NCBI GenBank assembly: GCA_951406725.2
Contig: OX597814.1
Location: 154,380,001-154,444,000, forward strand
DNA from: Octopus vulgaris
Taxonomy: Eukaryota
Reading direction: 5' to 3'
Length of the DNA: 64,000 bases
Shown here: positions 27,283-39,455 of the stretch, piece by piece
How the letters are laid out: each line of letters starts with the position of its first letter
Position numbering within the stretch: position 1 is the stretch's first letter
Notes under the pieces: generated by a model
Seen by the model: only the letters and a program-made list of their open reading frames with translations
The model's database searches: none
Told to the model about the DNA's origin: nothing
Position numbers and translations under genes: made by a program

Positions 27283-27492
27283 TGTGTGTGTATATGTTTG
27301 TCTCCCCAACATTGATTGACAACCGATGCTGGTGTGTTTATGTCCCTGTACTTAGCGGTTCAGCAAAACAGACAGACAGAATAAGTACTAGGCTTACAAA
27401 GAATAAGTCCTGAGGTCAATTTGATCAACTAGAAGTGGTGCTCCAGCATGGCAGCAGTCAAATGACTGAAACAAGTAAAAGAGTAAAAGAGT
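27070..27492 (+). mobile_element. Family A SINE
   Basis: Same consensus. Confidence 0.9.
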
Positions 27493-28203
27493 ATAGAGTA
27501 TCTGTATTAAGGAGTTGGTATGAGTTTTGATAGGTTTCGAGACAACTGCATGCATGTTTGAATCTTATTAGGTCTCCTTAGTGAAGCACAGTTCACATGT
27601 AAACTACTGAACATTAAAATGACTTTGATAAGATGTAGTTTTTCTCTGTAAATTATTCATTAATAAAGCAATTTAAAATAATAATATGGGGAAATTTCCC
27701 CTGGGTGCTTTCACAAACATATTATTTTCACATAAAAGCTATAATCTCGCAAATTTATTCTAAGTTAGGCTGAGGCCTCAGAAAACCAAAACATTTCTGA
27801 CGCTCTCATTATAACTCCAAGAATTAGCAGAATCATTGCAGTGATTTGTAAAATGCTTTGCAATATAAATTCTGGGTTATAAGGCAGTGAGGTGGAAGAA
27901 TTGTAAGCACACCGGGTAAAATGCTTAGCAACATTTTGTCTGTCTTTATGTTCTGAGTTCAAATACCGCTGAGGTCGACTTTGTCTTTCATCCTTTCTGG
28001 ATCGATAAACTAGGTACTAGTTGAACATGAGGGGGGTGGGGGTGTAATAAACTTACCCCACTCCCCACCATGAACTTGCTGACCATGTGCCAAAATTTGA
28101 AACCAACATTAATTCTGGGTAATACAGTTCTATATCTAAGAGATGAGGAATTATGTACATTATTTACATTCGATGGATATTTGTCCTCATCTTTTTTGTT
28201 GTT

Positions 28204-28249
28204 AACACAACGTTTCAGCTGATATACCCTCCAGCCTTCTTCAGGTGTC
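28204..28249 (-). ncRNA. Minimal type-I hammerhead ribozyme
   Basis: GACAC-CUGAAGA-A-GGCUG(GAGGGUAUAU)CAGCU-GAAACGUU^GUGUU. Palindromic AACGUU stem III, stem I GACAC/GUGUU. Confidence 0.7.
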
Positions 28250-28312
28250 TTGATAGATATTTGTAAAGAAGAATACCTTAGGAATGAGAACCCAGGTTTG
28301 AAATTTCCCCAA

Positions 28313-28355
28313 GACACCTGAAGAAGGCTGGAGGCTATATCAGCCGAAACGTGTT
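28313..28355 (+). ncRNA. Inverted partner hammerhead motif lacking 3 nt at the cleavage site
   Basis: GACAC-CUGAAGA-A-GGCUG..CAGCC-GAAAC-[GUU deleted]-GUGUU. Confidence 0.55.
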
Positions 28356-28547
28356 AACAACAAACAAGATGAGGACAAATATCCGTTGAATGTAAATAAT
28401 GTATTAATTATGGGCTTAAGGCAGTGAGCTGGAAAAATCTTTAGCATGTATAGCAGCATTTCATCTGTCTTTACATTCTGGGTTCAAATTCCGCCAAGGA
28501 TGACTTTACCTTTCATCCTTTTGGGGTTGATGAATTAAGTACCAATA

Positions 28548-28721
28548 CAGTAGAAGTGGCTGTGTGGTAAGTAGCTTACTTACGAACCACATAGTTCCGG
28601 ATTCAGTCTCACTGCATGGTACCTTGGGTAAGAGTCTTCTACTACAGCCTCAGGCCAACCAAAGCCTTGTGAGTGGATTTGGTAGACGGAAACTGAAAGA
28701 AGCCTGTCGTATATATGTATG

Positions 28722-28754
<33 letters not shown>

Positions 28755-28950
28755 CTGTGTTTGTCCCCCCCAACATCGCTTGACAACCAATGCTGGTATG
28801 TTTGTGTCCCTGTAACTTAGCGGTTCGGCAAAAGAGACCGATAGAATAAGTACTAGGCTTACAAAGAATAAGTACTGGGGTCAATTTATTTGACTAAAGG
28901 CAGTGCTCCAGTATGGTCACAGTCAAATGATTGAAACAAGTAAAAGAGTA
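28548..28950 (+). mobile_element. Family A SINE
   Basis: Same consensus. Confidence 0.9.
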
Positions 28951-30376
28951 GAGTACCGGGGTTGATGTGATTGATTTGCTCCTTCCTCAAAATTACTAGC
29001 TTTGTACCAAAATTCAAAACCAATATTAATTCTGGGCTGTAAAGCAGTGAGCTGGCATAATCGTTAGTATGTTGGGTAAAATGCATATTGGTATTTCATC
29101 CATTTTTACATTCTGAGTTCAAATGCTGCCAGGGTTGACCTTCTCTTCATCTTTATGGGGCCAATAAAATGGGTACCAGTTGAGCACTGGGGTTGATCTA
29201 ATCAACTAAGCCCCACCTTCGAACTTGCTGGCCTTGTGTAAAAAATTTGAAACCATTATTACTATATTTTCACTTGTATAAGGAACTCCTTTTTGTCAAG
29301 TAGTATCCGTATCTTCGGGGAGGCTGATCTCCCTTTGCAGGCTGGCAAGGACGCCGAGATGGTGTTGGCCCTTCTGGTGACGTCAATGATCGCCTGGGGC
29401 TAAATGCATCAGTAACACCCCCACCACCATGCCCTGTCCCTAGCCACATTCAGATGGCTGATCCCCCTTATGTTATGGGATAATATTATAATCCCTTACA
29501 AAACCTTTTTTCCAAATTTTAAGCCTCCAAAATTAGGGGGTTCCTTTAAGCCCCTAAAATTAGGGGGTTCCTTATATGTTAAAATACGGTAATTTTGGGC
29601 TCTTACTGAGTTCAAAATCTCATTGAGATCAATTTTTGCCTTCCATATTTTTGGGGCTCGATGAAATAAAATACTAGTCAGGAACAGGAATTGATTTAAT
29701 TGACTAACCCTCATCCCCTCTTGAATTTGTGACCTCATGCCTATGTCAGAAGCTCTCGGTGTTGTTGTTGTTGTTGTTTTGTAATGGTACACAGACAATG
29801 AGTGTGCTCTCTTCCCCCACCACCCCAGACATAGATAACCTCCCCCAACCCTACGGGGTGGGGGCATACATCCTCTGACAAAGTGTAGAACAGGAAGGCA
29901 CTGGCAAGAGTGATGGTAGAGGGGTTAGATAATTTGACCATTGTATGTACCATTTAGTATAAGTCTCCCTTAGGAAGAGGAAATTATTGCTGATACCATA
30001 CTGCTAATAGATTGTTGATGGCGGTGGTGGCAGTGGTGGGGGTGTGTGGTGGTGATGGTGGCACAACCAAATTTGGTGATAATAGTAAAGGAGGTGGTTC
30101 AGTAACGTTGTTGTCATCCTCTCCACCACCATCATCGCCCCAACCAATACAATTCAAATCGGCACCATTACCCTCCACCACCACCACCACCACCACCACC
30201 ATCACCATCACCACACACACACTTCTGTTGATGTTAGCATCATTATCCTGACAACTCTTACATCATATTGTGGTTGGTCTCATTATTATTGTATTTGTAA
30301 CTGTCACCACCACCACCATTAAAATCTAGTCTATTGACACGATGACTAAAGATATTGTAATCAATATCTCTTCCAT

Positions 30377-30418
<42 letters not shown>

Positions 30419-30490
30419 CACTACTACTACTGCAGCTGCTACCACCATCGCCATCATGAACCCAACTTCTAAACACAAACACATGTGTGT

Positions 30491-30602
30491 GTGTGTGTCT
30501 GTGTGCATGTGCATGTATGTGTGTGTCTGTGTGCATGTGCATGTATGTGTGTGTCTGTGTGCATGTGCATGTATGTGTGTGTCTGTGTGCATGTGCATGT
30601 AT
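30491..30602. repeat. 28-bp minisatellite, 4 perfect copies
   Basis: Unit gtgtgtgtctgtgtgcatgtgcatgtat. Confidence 0.9.
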
Positions 30603-30825
30603 GTGTGTGTGTCGTCATCATCATCATTGTTTAACATCCGTTTTCCATGCTGGCATGGGTTGGATGGTTCGACCGTGGTCTGGGAAGCCAGGAGGCTGCC
30701 CCAGACTCCAGTCTGATCTGGCAGTGTTTCTACAGCTGGATGCCCTTCCTAACGTCAACCACTCTGTGAGTGTAGTGGGTGCTTTTTACATGCCACCAGC
30801 ACAAGGGCCAGAGGAATTATTATCT

Positions 30826-30944
30826 AACAAGAATAGCATTGATGGTGACTTCAAAGTTTGTGGCCAGATAAGCTATCATCAGACAGTCCGATGATGGCTT
30901 AGCTGGCCAAAACTTCAGAGCCACTGTCAATAATATTTCTGTTA
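30826..30944. repeat. Imperfect ~120-bp palindrome
   Basis: taacaagaatagcattgatggtgacttcaaagtttgtggccagataagctatcatcaga versus the reverse complement of the right arm, taacagaaatattattgacagtggctctgaagttttggccagctaagccatcatcgga. Confidence 0.8.
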
Positions 30945-31045
30945 AAAAAAAAAAAATTTGTACTCTACCAAATGTATTGAGTAATTCTTCAATTTAATGT
31001 AAAACTGTTTTTATTATAGCATAAAAGCAAACAATATATATATAT

Positions 31046-31440
31046 TACTCTTTTACTTGTTTCAGTCATTTGACTGTGGCTATGCTGGAGCACCACCTTT
31101 AGTCGAGCAAATCGACCCCAGAACTTATTCTTTGTAAGCCTAGTACTTATTCTATCGGTCTCTTTTGCCAAACCGCTAACTTACGGGGATGTAAACACAC
31201 CAGCATCAGTTGTCAAGTGATGTTGGGGGGACAAACACAGACACACAAACACATATATATATATATACATATATACGATGGGCTTCTTTCAGTTTCCGTC
31301 TACCAAATCCATTCACAAGGCTTTGGTCGGCCTGAGGCTATAGTAGAAGACACTTGCCTAAGGTGCCACGCAGTGGGACTGAACCCAGAACCATGTGGTT
31401 GGTAAGCAAGCTACTTATCACACAGACACTCTTATGCCTA
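31046..31440 (-). mobile_element. Family A SINE
   Basis: Reverse complement of the consensus. Confidence 0.9.
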
Positions 31441-31530
31441 TATATGTATATATATATATATATATATATGTTGGAAACAGAATATATGTATTTGCATTGG
31501 GATGCCTTTGCATTGAAGACTGGTGATTGT

Positions 31531-31575
31531 CGTGCGCTGATGATGGGTAAATATTCAGAAACCCGGGTCCGTGTG
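31531..31575 (+). ncRNA. Minimal type-I hammerhead ribozyme
   Basis: CGUGCG-CUGAUGA-UGGGU(AAAU)AUUCA-GAAACCCGGGUC^CGUGUG. Palindromic stem III ACCCGGGU and canonical GUC. Stems I and II rely on G-U pairs. Confidence 0.7.
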
Positions 31576-31728
31576 TATCACGTCAGGTCGACGATGGGAA
31601 GGATGGCAAATACTCATAGGGCACAGAAAGTGTGTCAATAGCCAGCTGGAGAAGATGTTCTCCTGGGGCTACAAGCTACAGTAACATCCACCCTTAGTGG
31701 TTAGCCACATTTAGATGGCAAATATACT

Positions 31729-31772
<44 letters not shown>

Positions 31773-31996
31773 TTAAATGAGTAACAAAGAGGCACAGGTG
31801 TCAATCCATTATGGCCGTTTCTAACAACTCCTTAACTGATTAATGAAATCATTACATCATTGTAAAGAAACTGTTTTCATCAGATGAATTCATGAACTTC
31901 AAATTAGAGGACATTCAGAATGATTTAACATAGTTTAAAATCTTCCAACTGAAATAGTAGCAGAATTCAGTTCGTCAGACAGTTTTGTTAACAAAA

Positions 31997-32034
31997 CTGT
32001 CTGATGAACGGGAACGTGAAACTCTGAGTAACAG
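31997..32034 (+). ncRNA. Minimal type-I hammerhead ribozyme (intact core)
   Basis: CUGU-CUGAUGA-ACG(GGAA)CGU-GAAA-CUC(U)GAG-UA^ACAG. Stem I CUGU/ACAG, GNRA-capped stem II, near-palindromic stem III, GUA triplet. Confidence 0.8.
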
Positions 32035-32139
32035 CTTTTGTTATATTTCTGCTGCGTTTAAATAAAGCATATTACTCTACCTCTGGTATTTGAGCACTCT
32101 TTTTTTCCATCTTGTTTCACATTTATGTGCATACTCTGG

Positions 32140-32180
<41 letters not shown>

Positions 32181-32185
32181 TTATT

Positions 32186-32543
32186 TATTAGAAGAAATGA
32201 GGTACTCAGAAATTTGGATGGTTTTATATTTACAGCTATTTATTTGTATATTACATGTTTTTATACATCATATATCATACATCATATACCATATCAGAAT
32301 GGACGAAAGCGCTAATATATGATATATATGATATAAGTTATATGATGTATAAAAACATGTAATATACAAATGGATATACAAATGTAATATACAAATGGAT
32401 TTGAAAAATCCACCAGAATGGACGAAAGCGCTAATATATGATATATATATAAGTTATATGATGTATAAAAACATGTAATATACAAATAAATATCTGTAAA
32501 TATAAAACCATCCAAATTTCTGAGTACCTCATTTCTTCTAATA
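32186..32543. repeat. Fold-back element, ~88-bp inverted arms with an internal tandem duplication
   Basis: tattagaagaaatgaggtactcagaaatttggatgg... (32186-32273) mirrored at 32456-32543. Internal direct repeat cagaatggacgaaagcgctaatatatga at ~32295 and ~32415. Confidence 0.85.
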
Positions 32544-33701
32544 TAAAATACCTGTACATCATCTCCAAACTTTCTAACATATATACATACATACATACAT
32601 ACACACACACATACATATATAGGTACAGGATGTCACCAACAGTAAACAACATGAATTAAGAAAACAAATAAGTGCAATATGCAAACAACAAGAGAAAAAA
32701 ATGCAAAACAGAACAAATAACACAGAGAACAACCCTTCATCAGTTGTCAGCTGTCTATCTACTCCTCATTTCAAGCATTGAACAATAATACGAGTCTTTG
32801 AAGACAGTTGCTCCCATAAGTACCAAAATAAAATTCTGGATTTATGGAGGGTCAAAGTTGATAACGAAAACAGGACATTGGAGACATACAAGGAAACCCC
32901 GAATGAAAACAAACATGGAGGGTCTAACAGCTGAGTTCCAAGGAAACTAGTGTAGGTCTATGGAGAAAAATATCAGATCAGTACAAGTTCACAAAACTTA
33001 ATACATGAACTGACTTGCTGTGAAGCTGCTTTAATGTCCCCAACACTTATCCCCAATACTAATTACCAGCTAAGAAGGCCACTATGTGGTCACTTCATAT
33101 GCTAGAAATAACAACCGAGAGACCAACAAGTCTCACTACCCCATCTGTTTTGAAAGGGAGGGGTTACACTGGATGATGATTTGTTGGATACACTTCACAG
33201 ACAAGATACATATTAAGTTACACTATAAGATGGATTTGTCATGGATGGATTCTTCTTGATCACCACTGACAGCAGCAACAGCACCACCACTACTCACAAA
33301 AGTCTGTAGGTTTTTTGTTTATTTTTTGTTGCGGTGTTTCATCACACCATCTCCTTTTCCATCCCATATAGAGTGAAATGAACCTGTATTAGAGGGTACG
33401 GGGGGGGGAGACAGAGAGAGAGAAAGAGAAAGAGAGGGAGGAGGGAGGGGGAGGGAGAAGCAGGGGTATTATTGGTAGTGACTTACACCAATAGAAAATT
33501 TCCTGATAAACAAAGAGACTTCATCAGTTATTTTCTACCAATTCCAAATCCTCTTCCTCACTCCCACCCCACCCCCACGTAACTCCCCCACTCGCTCCTT
33601 ACTTACTCACCCATCTCGTGCCTTCCATACACCACCCCTACCATCACTGCCAACACATTCCCTCTTCAATCACACATACACACACCAATACTTAAATACA
33701 T

Positions 33702-33740
<39 letters not shown>

Positions 33741-33840
33741 ATACTACTACTACTACTACATACTACTACTACTACCACCACCACTACCACCACCACCACT
33801 ACCACTACTACTACTACATCCTCACCACCACCATCATCAC
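33702..33840. repeat. (CTA)/(CAC) microsatellite
   Basis: Direct inspection. Confidence 0.95.
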
Positions 33841-36800
33841 CAATACCAAAGACAATACACCCGCTCCCTTATCACGACAATAGCAATACTGACATAACAC
33901 TGGATCCTCCAGCTATCACCATACCTTTCCCTTACCATCATTACCACCACCACTCTAGCAAGAACAACAACAACAGCAGCAGCAGCAAACAATACCACAA
34001 CAACTATAATGAGAAGGAACCATAGATGGAACCTCTACACACAACCTATCAGCTTAGTAAAAGAACAGGACACATTGGATAATGTAGTCCTAGATAAACT
34101 GTGCCTGAGAAAAATAAAAATTAAAAAAAAAGTTGGAATGATCATAGGTTTGTTTGATCAATTTCGGCCTTGGGCTAAAAATCAACAAAGCAACAGGACA
34201 TCATCGTGACTGTTAATAGCGCCATCTCCACCACCACATTCAATAAGAACAACAGGAGCCTATGAAACCCTTGTTGGCGAGCTAGAAATAGCAGCTAAAT
34301 CTCCTTCCAAAGTACACCCTGCAGTTTTAAAAATAAGACGCGTGTAATAATGTTGTCCAAGGTAGATTGTACCTCGAAAAACAGTGGGATGGTAATGGTG
34401 GAATGCCTTTGACCAAAGGTCTGCTTGATCAAAGCTGACAAGGAGCTAAAAGCAAGAGCAATGACAACAATCAAAGCGCATCTATACAGTCACCTGACCT
34501 GCTAGACATAGCAGCCAAACTACTTTCAAATTTCATTCTACAAGTACTACCATCAAACCACCAACATTACTACCAGCATCACCAGCATCAACATTGAACC
34601 AATATAGAAAGCCCCTACATTGTTATTAGACTTGGTAAAAATAGCAGCTAAATCTCTTTTGAACTATATGTATCCTACTCCATATCTTTTATCTTTTTCT
34701 TCTTTCAGTCATTAGACTGTGGACATGCTGGGCCACTGTCTTGAACAACTTTTAGTTGAATGAATCAATCCCAGTACATTTTAGTTTTATTTTAAGCATG
34801 ATACTTATGCTAACGATCTTTTTTGCCAAACTGCTAAGTTATAGGGATATAAACCAACCAACATCAGTTGTCAAGTGATGGTGGAGGACAAACACACACA
34901 CACAGACACATATAGGACAGGCTTCTTTCAGTTTCCATCGATCAAATCCACTCATAAGACTTTGGTTGGGCTGAGGCTATAGTAGAAGACACTTGCCCAA
35001 GGTGCCATGCAGTGGGACTGAAACCAGAACCATGTGGTTGGGAAGCCAACTTCTTATCACACAGCTGTGCCTGCACCTATATCTGGGATAAAACAGTGTG
35101 CAGCATACTATTTTAGAAAGAAATTGGAGTGGCTGGTGGGGATGGGCATGGTTTTATTGCCTTTAATTATAGTTCTACCTGAATAGGGCTGACCTAGGGT
35201 TAAACAACAACTTCATCAATGAAACAAAGTTCTATTTGGCCACTCAACCTGCTTGAAATAGCAGCTAAATCTCCCTCAAGTCCCATCCAGCTGTCTCAGA
35301 AAGGAACGCATTGAATTATGTAATCCTGGGTGCACTGTGCTGAGGAAAAGACAGCACAGTCAGGGCTGGAATACCTTGTCACAGGCCTACCTTGATGAGA
35401 GCTGGTTTGTGATTCAACATCATCAACAGTGAATCTGTTGTTCGATAGTGAGGATTCAGTTGATTGATCAACTGAACTATAAAGTGGCTGAGTATTCCAT
35501 AGAAATGTGATTCCTTAATGTAATTCTCAGGCAGAATCAGCGTGGCACATTGTATGAGATAAGGCTGTACCTTTTGAATTCCATGTACAATCCACTCCAT
35601 GGGCTTCTATACAGTTTCCAACAATCCAGTTTCACTCACAATGCATGAATCAGCCCAACGCTACAGAAAATGACATTGGCTCAAGGTGCCATTGCACTAG
35701 AATTGAACCCAGCACTTCGTGGTTATGAAACAAACTTCTTAGCCACACTAAAAAACAAAAGCAACTAAAAACAAAATATGACAGTGGGTAGGATGTGGAA
35801 AGATGAGAGATGAGGTGGTAAAATATGATCTTCAGTTGTCAAGTCTCACAGAGTGAGACTTGACAAAGTGAGTGAGACTTTTGGTGATTTGCTGTGCTTG
35901 AGGAGACATGTGAAATTGTAAGTGAAATTGTAGTCATGGCCAGTGCCTGTGACACATAAAAGGAGGTATCCATGCCAGTGACATGTAAGAAGCAGCCTGT
36001 ACACTCTGTGAAATGGTTGGCATTAGAAAGGGGATCCAGCCATAGAAACCGAGCCAAACCAAACTGGAGCCAATCAAAGCATCTAACCGATACCAGTATG
36101 GAAAACAGACATTAAATGATGATGATGATGATGATGGTGATAGAACTGTGAGTTCAACACTTACATCTTTCCTCAAACTTCTCCCTATGTCTCTGCTAAC
36201 ACAACTCTGTCACTGAATGAACTTACAATAAATAACTTTTTTTTCTTTTTCCTTAAGCCCTTTGTTCCCTATGAAGCATAGGCCATCACTAACTTTATCT
36301 CTACAATTCTTGGCTCTAGACTGTCTTCTTAATTCCAATTAACCAAAGGGCACCAATGTCTGCTTTGGCAAAGTTTCTACACCTGGATTGCTTTTCCTAA
36401 TGCCAAACAGTTTACAGATTGTACCAAGCACCAGCTTGAAGTCCAAAATAAACTAGAGGACGGTTATGGCTAGAGTGCATTTGATGATTATTCTGCACAA
36501 CAAAATCTGACCAAAGCTAAACAACAACAACAACAACAATAACAACAACAATAGTAATAACTGCAACAGCAGTAGAGAAAAGACACTGTAATCATTTGGG
36601 ATGTTGTTTGGGAGACATATTTTGAACTTGAAACTTATAGTAGCCAAAAACCCATGTAGGAAAGAAGAGGTATTGGAACAACGACAGCAATAACAACAAC
36701 AGCGACACACCAAAATTAACACAGCTGTTACTACAAACACAAACAATAGCACAACAATAATGACAAAAATAAAACTTGAAAGAAAATGATATTTTAGACT

Positions 36801-37254
36801 TATATTTATTAACACAAAAAAAAAAAAAATAAATAAAACCGAAAACTTCTATAAGCTTTAAGAGGTGGAGATATTTTAATTTCCCTTCTGAAGTTTAAAT
36901 GTTATAAAAGTAATTACTAAGAATCTATTGTTTGATGTCAGTATATAATGGATGCAAGAGTAATTTGAAACTCCTTTTAAAAATAAACATGTACAAAGCT
37001 AGTTATATGAAAAGATATAGATGAAAACATTATGAAAAAAGTATGTTCATGCACATAGGCACACATAAACACCTTTTTGTGTTTTCTTTTATTTATATTT
37101 TGAACCAAAAAGAGCAACACCCTGACTGGAGATTAGGTTCTATCATTGAAATTCCACCCATAAAACTTCTTGTCAAAAATATTATGCTGAACTTACATGA
37201 GGTCTTGTACAGTTTTACTGTCAATGTTGTTTAGCTCTGTGTCAGCCCTGATTA

Positions 37255-37662
37255 CTCTCTTTACTCTTTTACTTGTTTCAGCCATTTGACTGCGGCCATG
37301 CTGGAGCACCGCCTTTAGTTGAGCAAATCGACCTCAGGATTTATTCTTTGTAAGCCTAGTACTTATTCTATTGGTTTCTTTTGCTGAACCGCTAAGTTAT
37401 GAGGATGTAAACGCACCAGCATCGATTGTGAAGCGATGTTGGGGGGACAAACACAGACACACAAACATGTACGCACACATACACATATATATATATATAC
37501 GATGAGCATCTTTTAGTTTCCGTCTACCAAATCCACTCACAAGGCTTTGGTCGGCCCGAGGCTATAGTAGAAGACACTTGCCCAAGGTGCCACGCAGTGG
37601 GAATGAACCCAAAACAATGTGGTTGGTAAGCAAGCTACTTATCACACAGCCACTCCTGTGCC
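37255..37662 (-). mobile_element. Family A SINE
   Basis: Reverse complement of the consensus. Confidence 0.9.
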
Positions 37663-38402
37663 TAGATTGAGTAGATCTATGAGAAAAGACATTCAAATCA
37701 TGTCCAAAGGTGGGGATATTTGTAGAATCATCAAAATATTGGATAAAATACTCTGTGGTATTTGATCCAACTTTATGTGGTCTGAGTTCAATTCCTGCTG
37801 AGGTCAACTTTGTTCTTTGTCCCTTCTTTGGGTTAATAAGAATGTACCAATCCAAGTAATAGCAAGGAGAGAGGAGAAAGAGTAGTATCAGTAGTTAATG
37901 AAAGAGAATCAGAGAATAAGAATAAAAGTGGGATGGGTTGAGTAGGAGAAAATTCAGGACTACCCTATGAATGAATAGGAATGGATGGAGTAGTGCCAGG
38001 AGGTAGACTGACAAGTCTTTTTAGTTACAACTAACCGATTGAACACATATTTTTGGTTAATGTCTGAAGGCCACAGCTTAAGATACTGAGGTTATCAAAG
38101 CAAAAGACAGATAAAGATGATGATGAGGTAGAGCAGCCAAAGTGTACCCTCAATTATGTTCAAGAAAATAAGTAGATGAGATCAGGGTGACTCAAAATAT
38201 AGTAGTCACAAAATTCTTATTAAATGATTTTCTTCTAAATTTTATTTTCACTCAAGGTCAAAGCTTATATATTCTAACAGTTATACGATCAAGAGAAACT
38301 GTCCATTTATATTTGCTTGTATCTGAACAGTGAAAGAGTTTTTTTTTCTATGTTTGCAGAACTTTTACAGTTCCTTCCAAAACTGCAGGCCTTACCATGT
38401 CT

Positions 38403-38585
38403 GGTAAGTTCACCATCATCAATTGACTGCAGGGAAAGTTCATCGCAAGGAAAGTTTACAGAGAAGTAAGTTCACAGTGAAAGAATAATAAAAAATAAAA
38501 GAAACCTTATTTTCGAACTCTAAAGTTTACGGTGAATTGATGGCAGTGAACTCTCCTGCAATGAATTGATGGTGGTGAACTTACC
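38403..38585. mobile_element. Small TIR element (MITE-like) with ~43-bp subrepeated inverted ends
   Basis: ggtaagttcaccatcatcaattgactgcagggaaagttca versus the reverse complement of tgaactctcctgcaatgaattgatggtggtgaacttacc. Confidence 0.65.
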
Positions 38586-39215
38586 TGTAATCAAGAATAT
38601 CATTTATTGGTTATTGTTCTTTAGATCAAAGGTATTCCTCTTGTGGTGACTATCCCATTTTTTTTCAGACACAGTGAATTGAATTAAGGACTATATTTCC
38701 ATTGTACACTTCCATTAAGATAGTTGAATGTAATTCAAACTTGTATCTGTTGGATGCTGGTTGTTTTAGTTGATATTTCTCATTCAGAATATCTTAATGT
38801 TGCTTTTTAGTGTTGCTTTATTTTATCTTTGAAGTCTGTAACTAGAGTATTACACTTTTGTGACTATATTTCTAATGTAAAACATTGTCTGTGTATTTTG
38901 GTCCATATTGGAAATAATTTTAAGTGAGTTGTAACGAAATAGTTAACTTTGACATTACTAAAAAATTAATTCAGGAGTAAGAAATCATTTGGCAAAGCCA
39001 TTTTGGAATTGCTTATTTGGCATTACTGATTCAATGCTGACTTATTTGACATTAGATATTTCAATGCTTCTCTTGTTTTAATCTCTCTCTCTCTGTCCCT
39101 AATGTCAAAATGCAATGTGGCTAAAACATGCTGAAAGTCCCATTTAGCTGTGGCAGATCATCAAAGGGCAAACAGCCGTGCCCAATCATTTCGTTCTATG
39201 CATTTCAACATTTTG

Positions 39216-39455
39216 TGGAGGCACGTGGCTAAGTGGTTAGGGTGTTGAACTCATGATCATAAGGTTGTGTTTTTGATTCCTGGACTAGGCGATGTGTTGT
39301 GTTCTTGAGCAAAACACTTCATTTCATGTTGCTCCAGTCCACTCAGCTGGCAAAATATGAGTAATTTAGCGACGAACTGGCATCTCGTCCAGGTGGGGAA
39401 TTTCTACGCCACTGAAACTGGGAAACCGCCCTTTATGAGCCTGGCATGGCTTGAG
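39216..39455 (+). mobile_element. tRNA-derived SINE (family E; copies ~47685-47950, 60100-60312)
   Basis: tggaggcacgtggctaagtggttaggg head and ttgagcaaaacacttcatttca..ttgctccagtccactcagctg core. Confidence 0.75.

Noticed and set aside
29515-29572. Two tandem ~27-bp copies (taagcc..aaaattagggggttcctt)
   Set aside because: A simple local slippage duplication with no further structure.
30491-30602. CRISPR-like regular repeats
   Set aside because: No spacers. A simple minisatellite in a eukaryotic context.
32735-32765. Minus-strand CUGAUGA as a hammerhead
   Set aside because: No GAAA or stem III follows.
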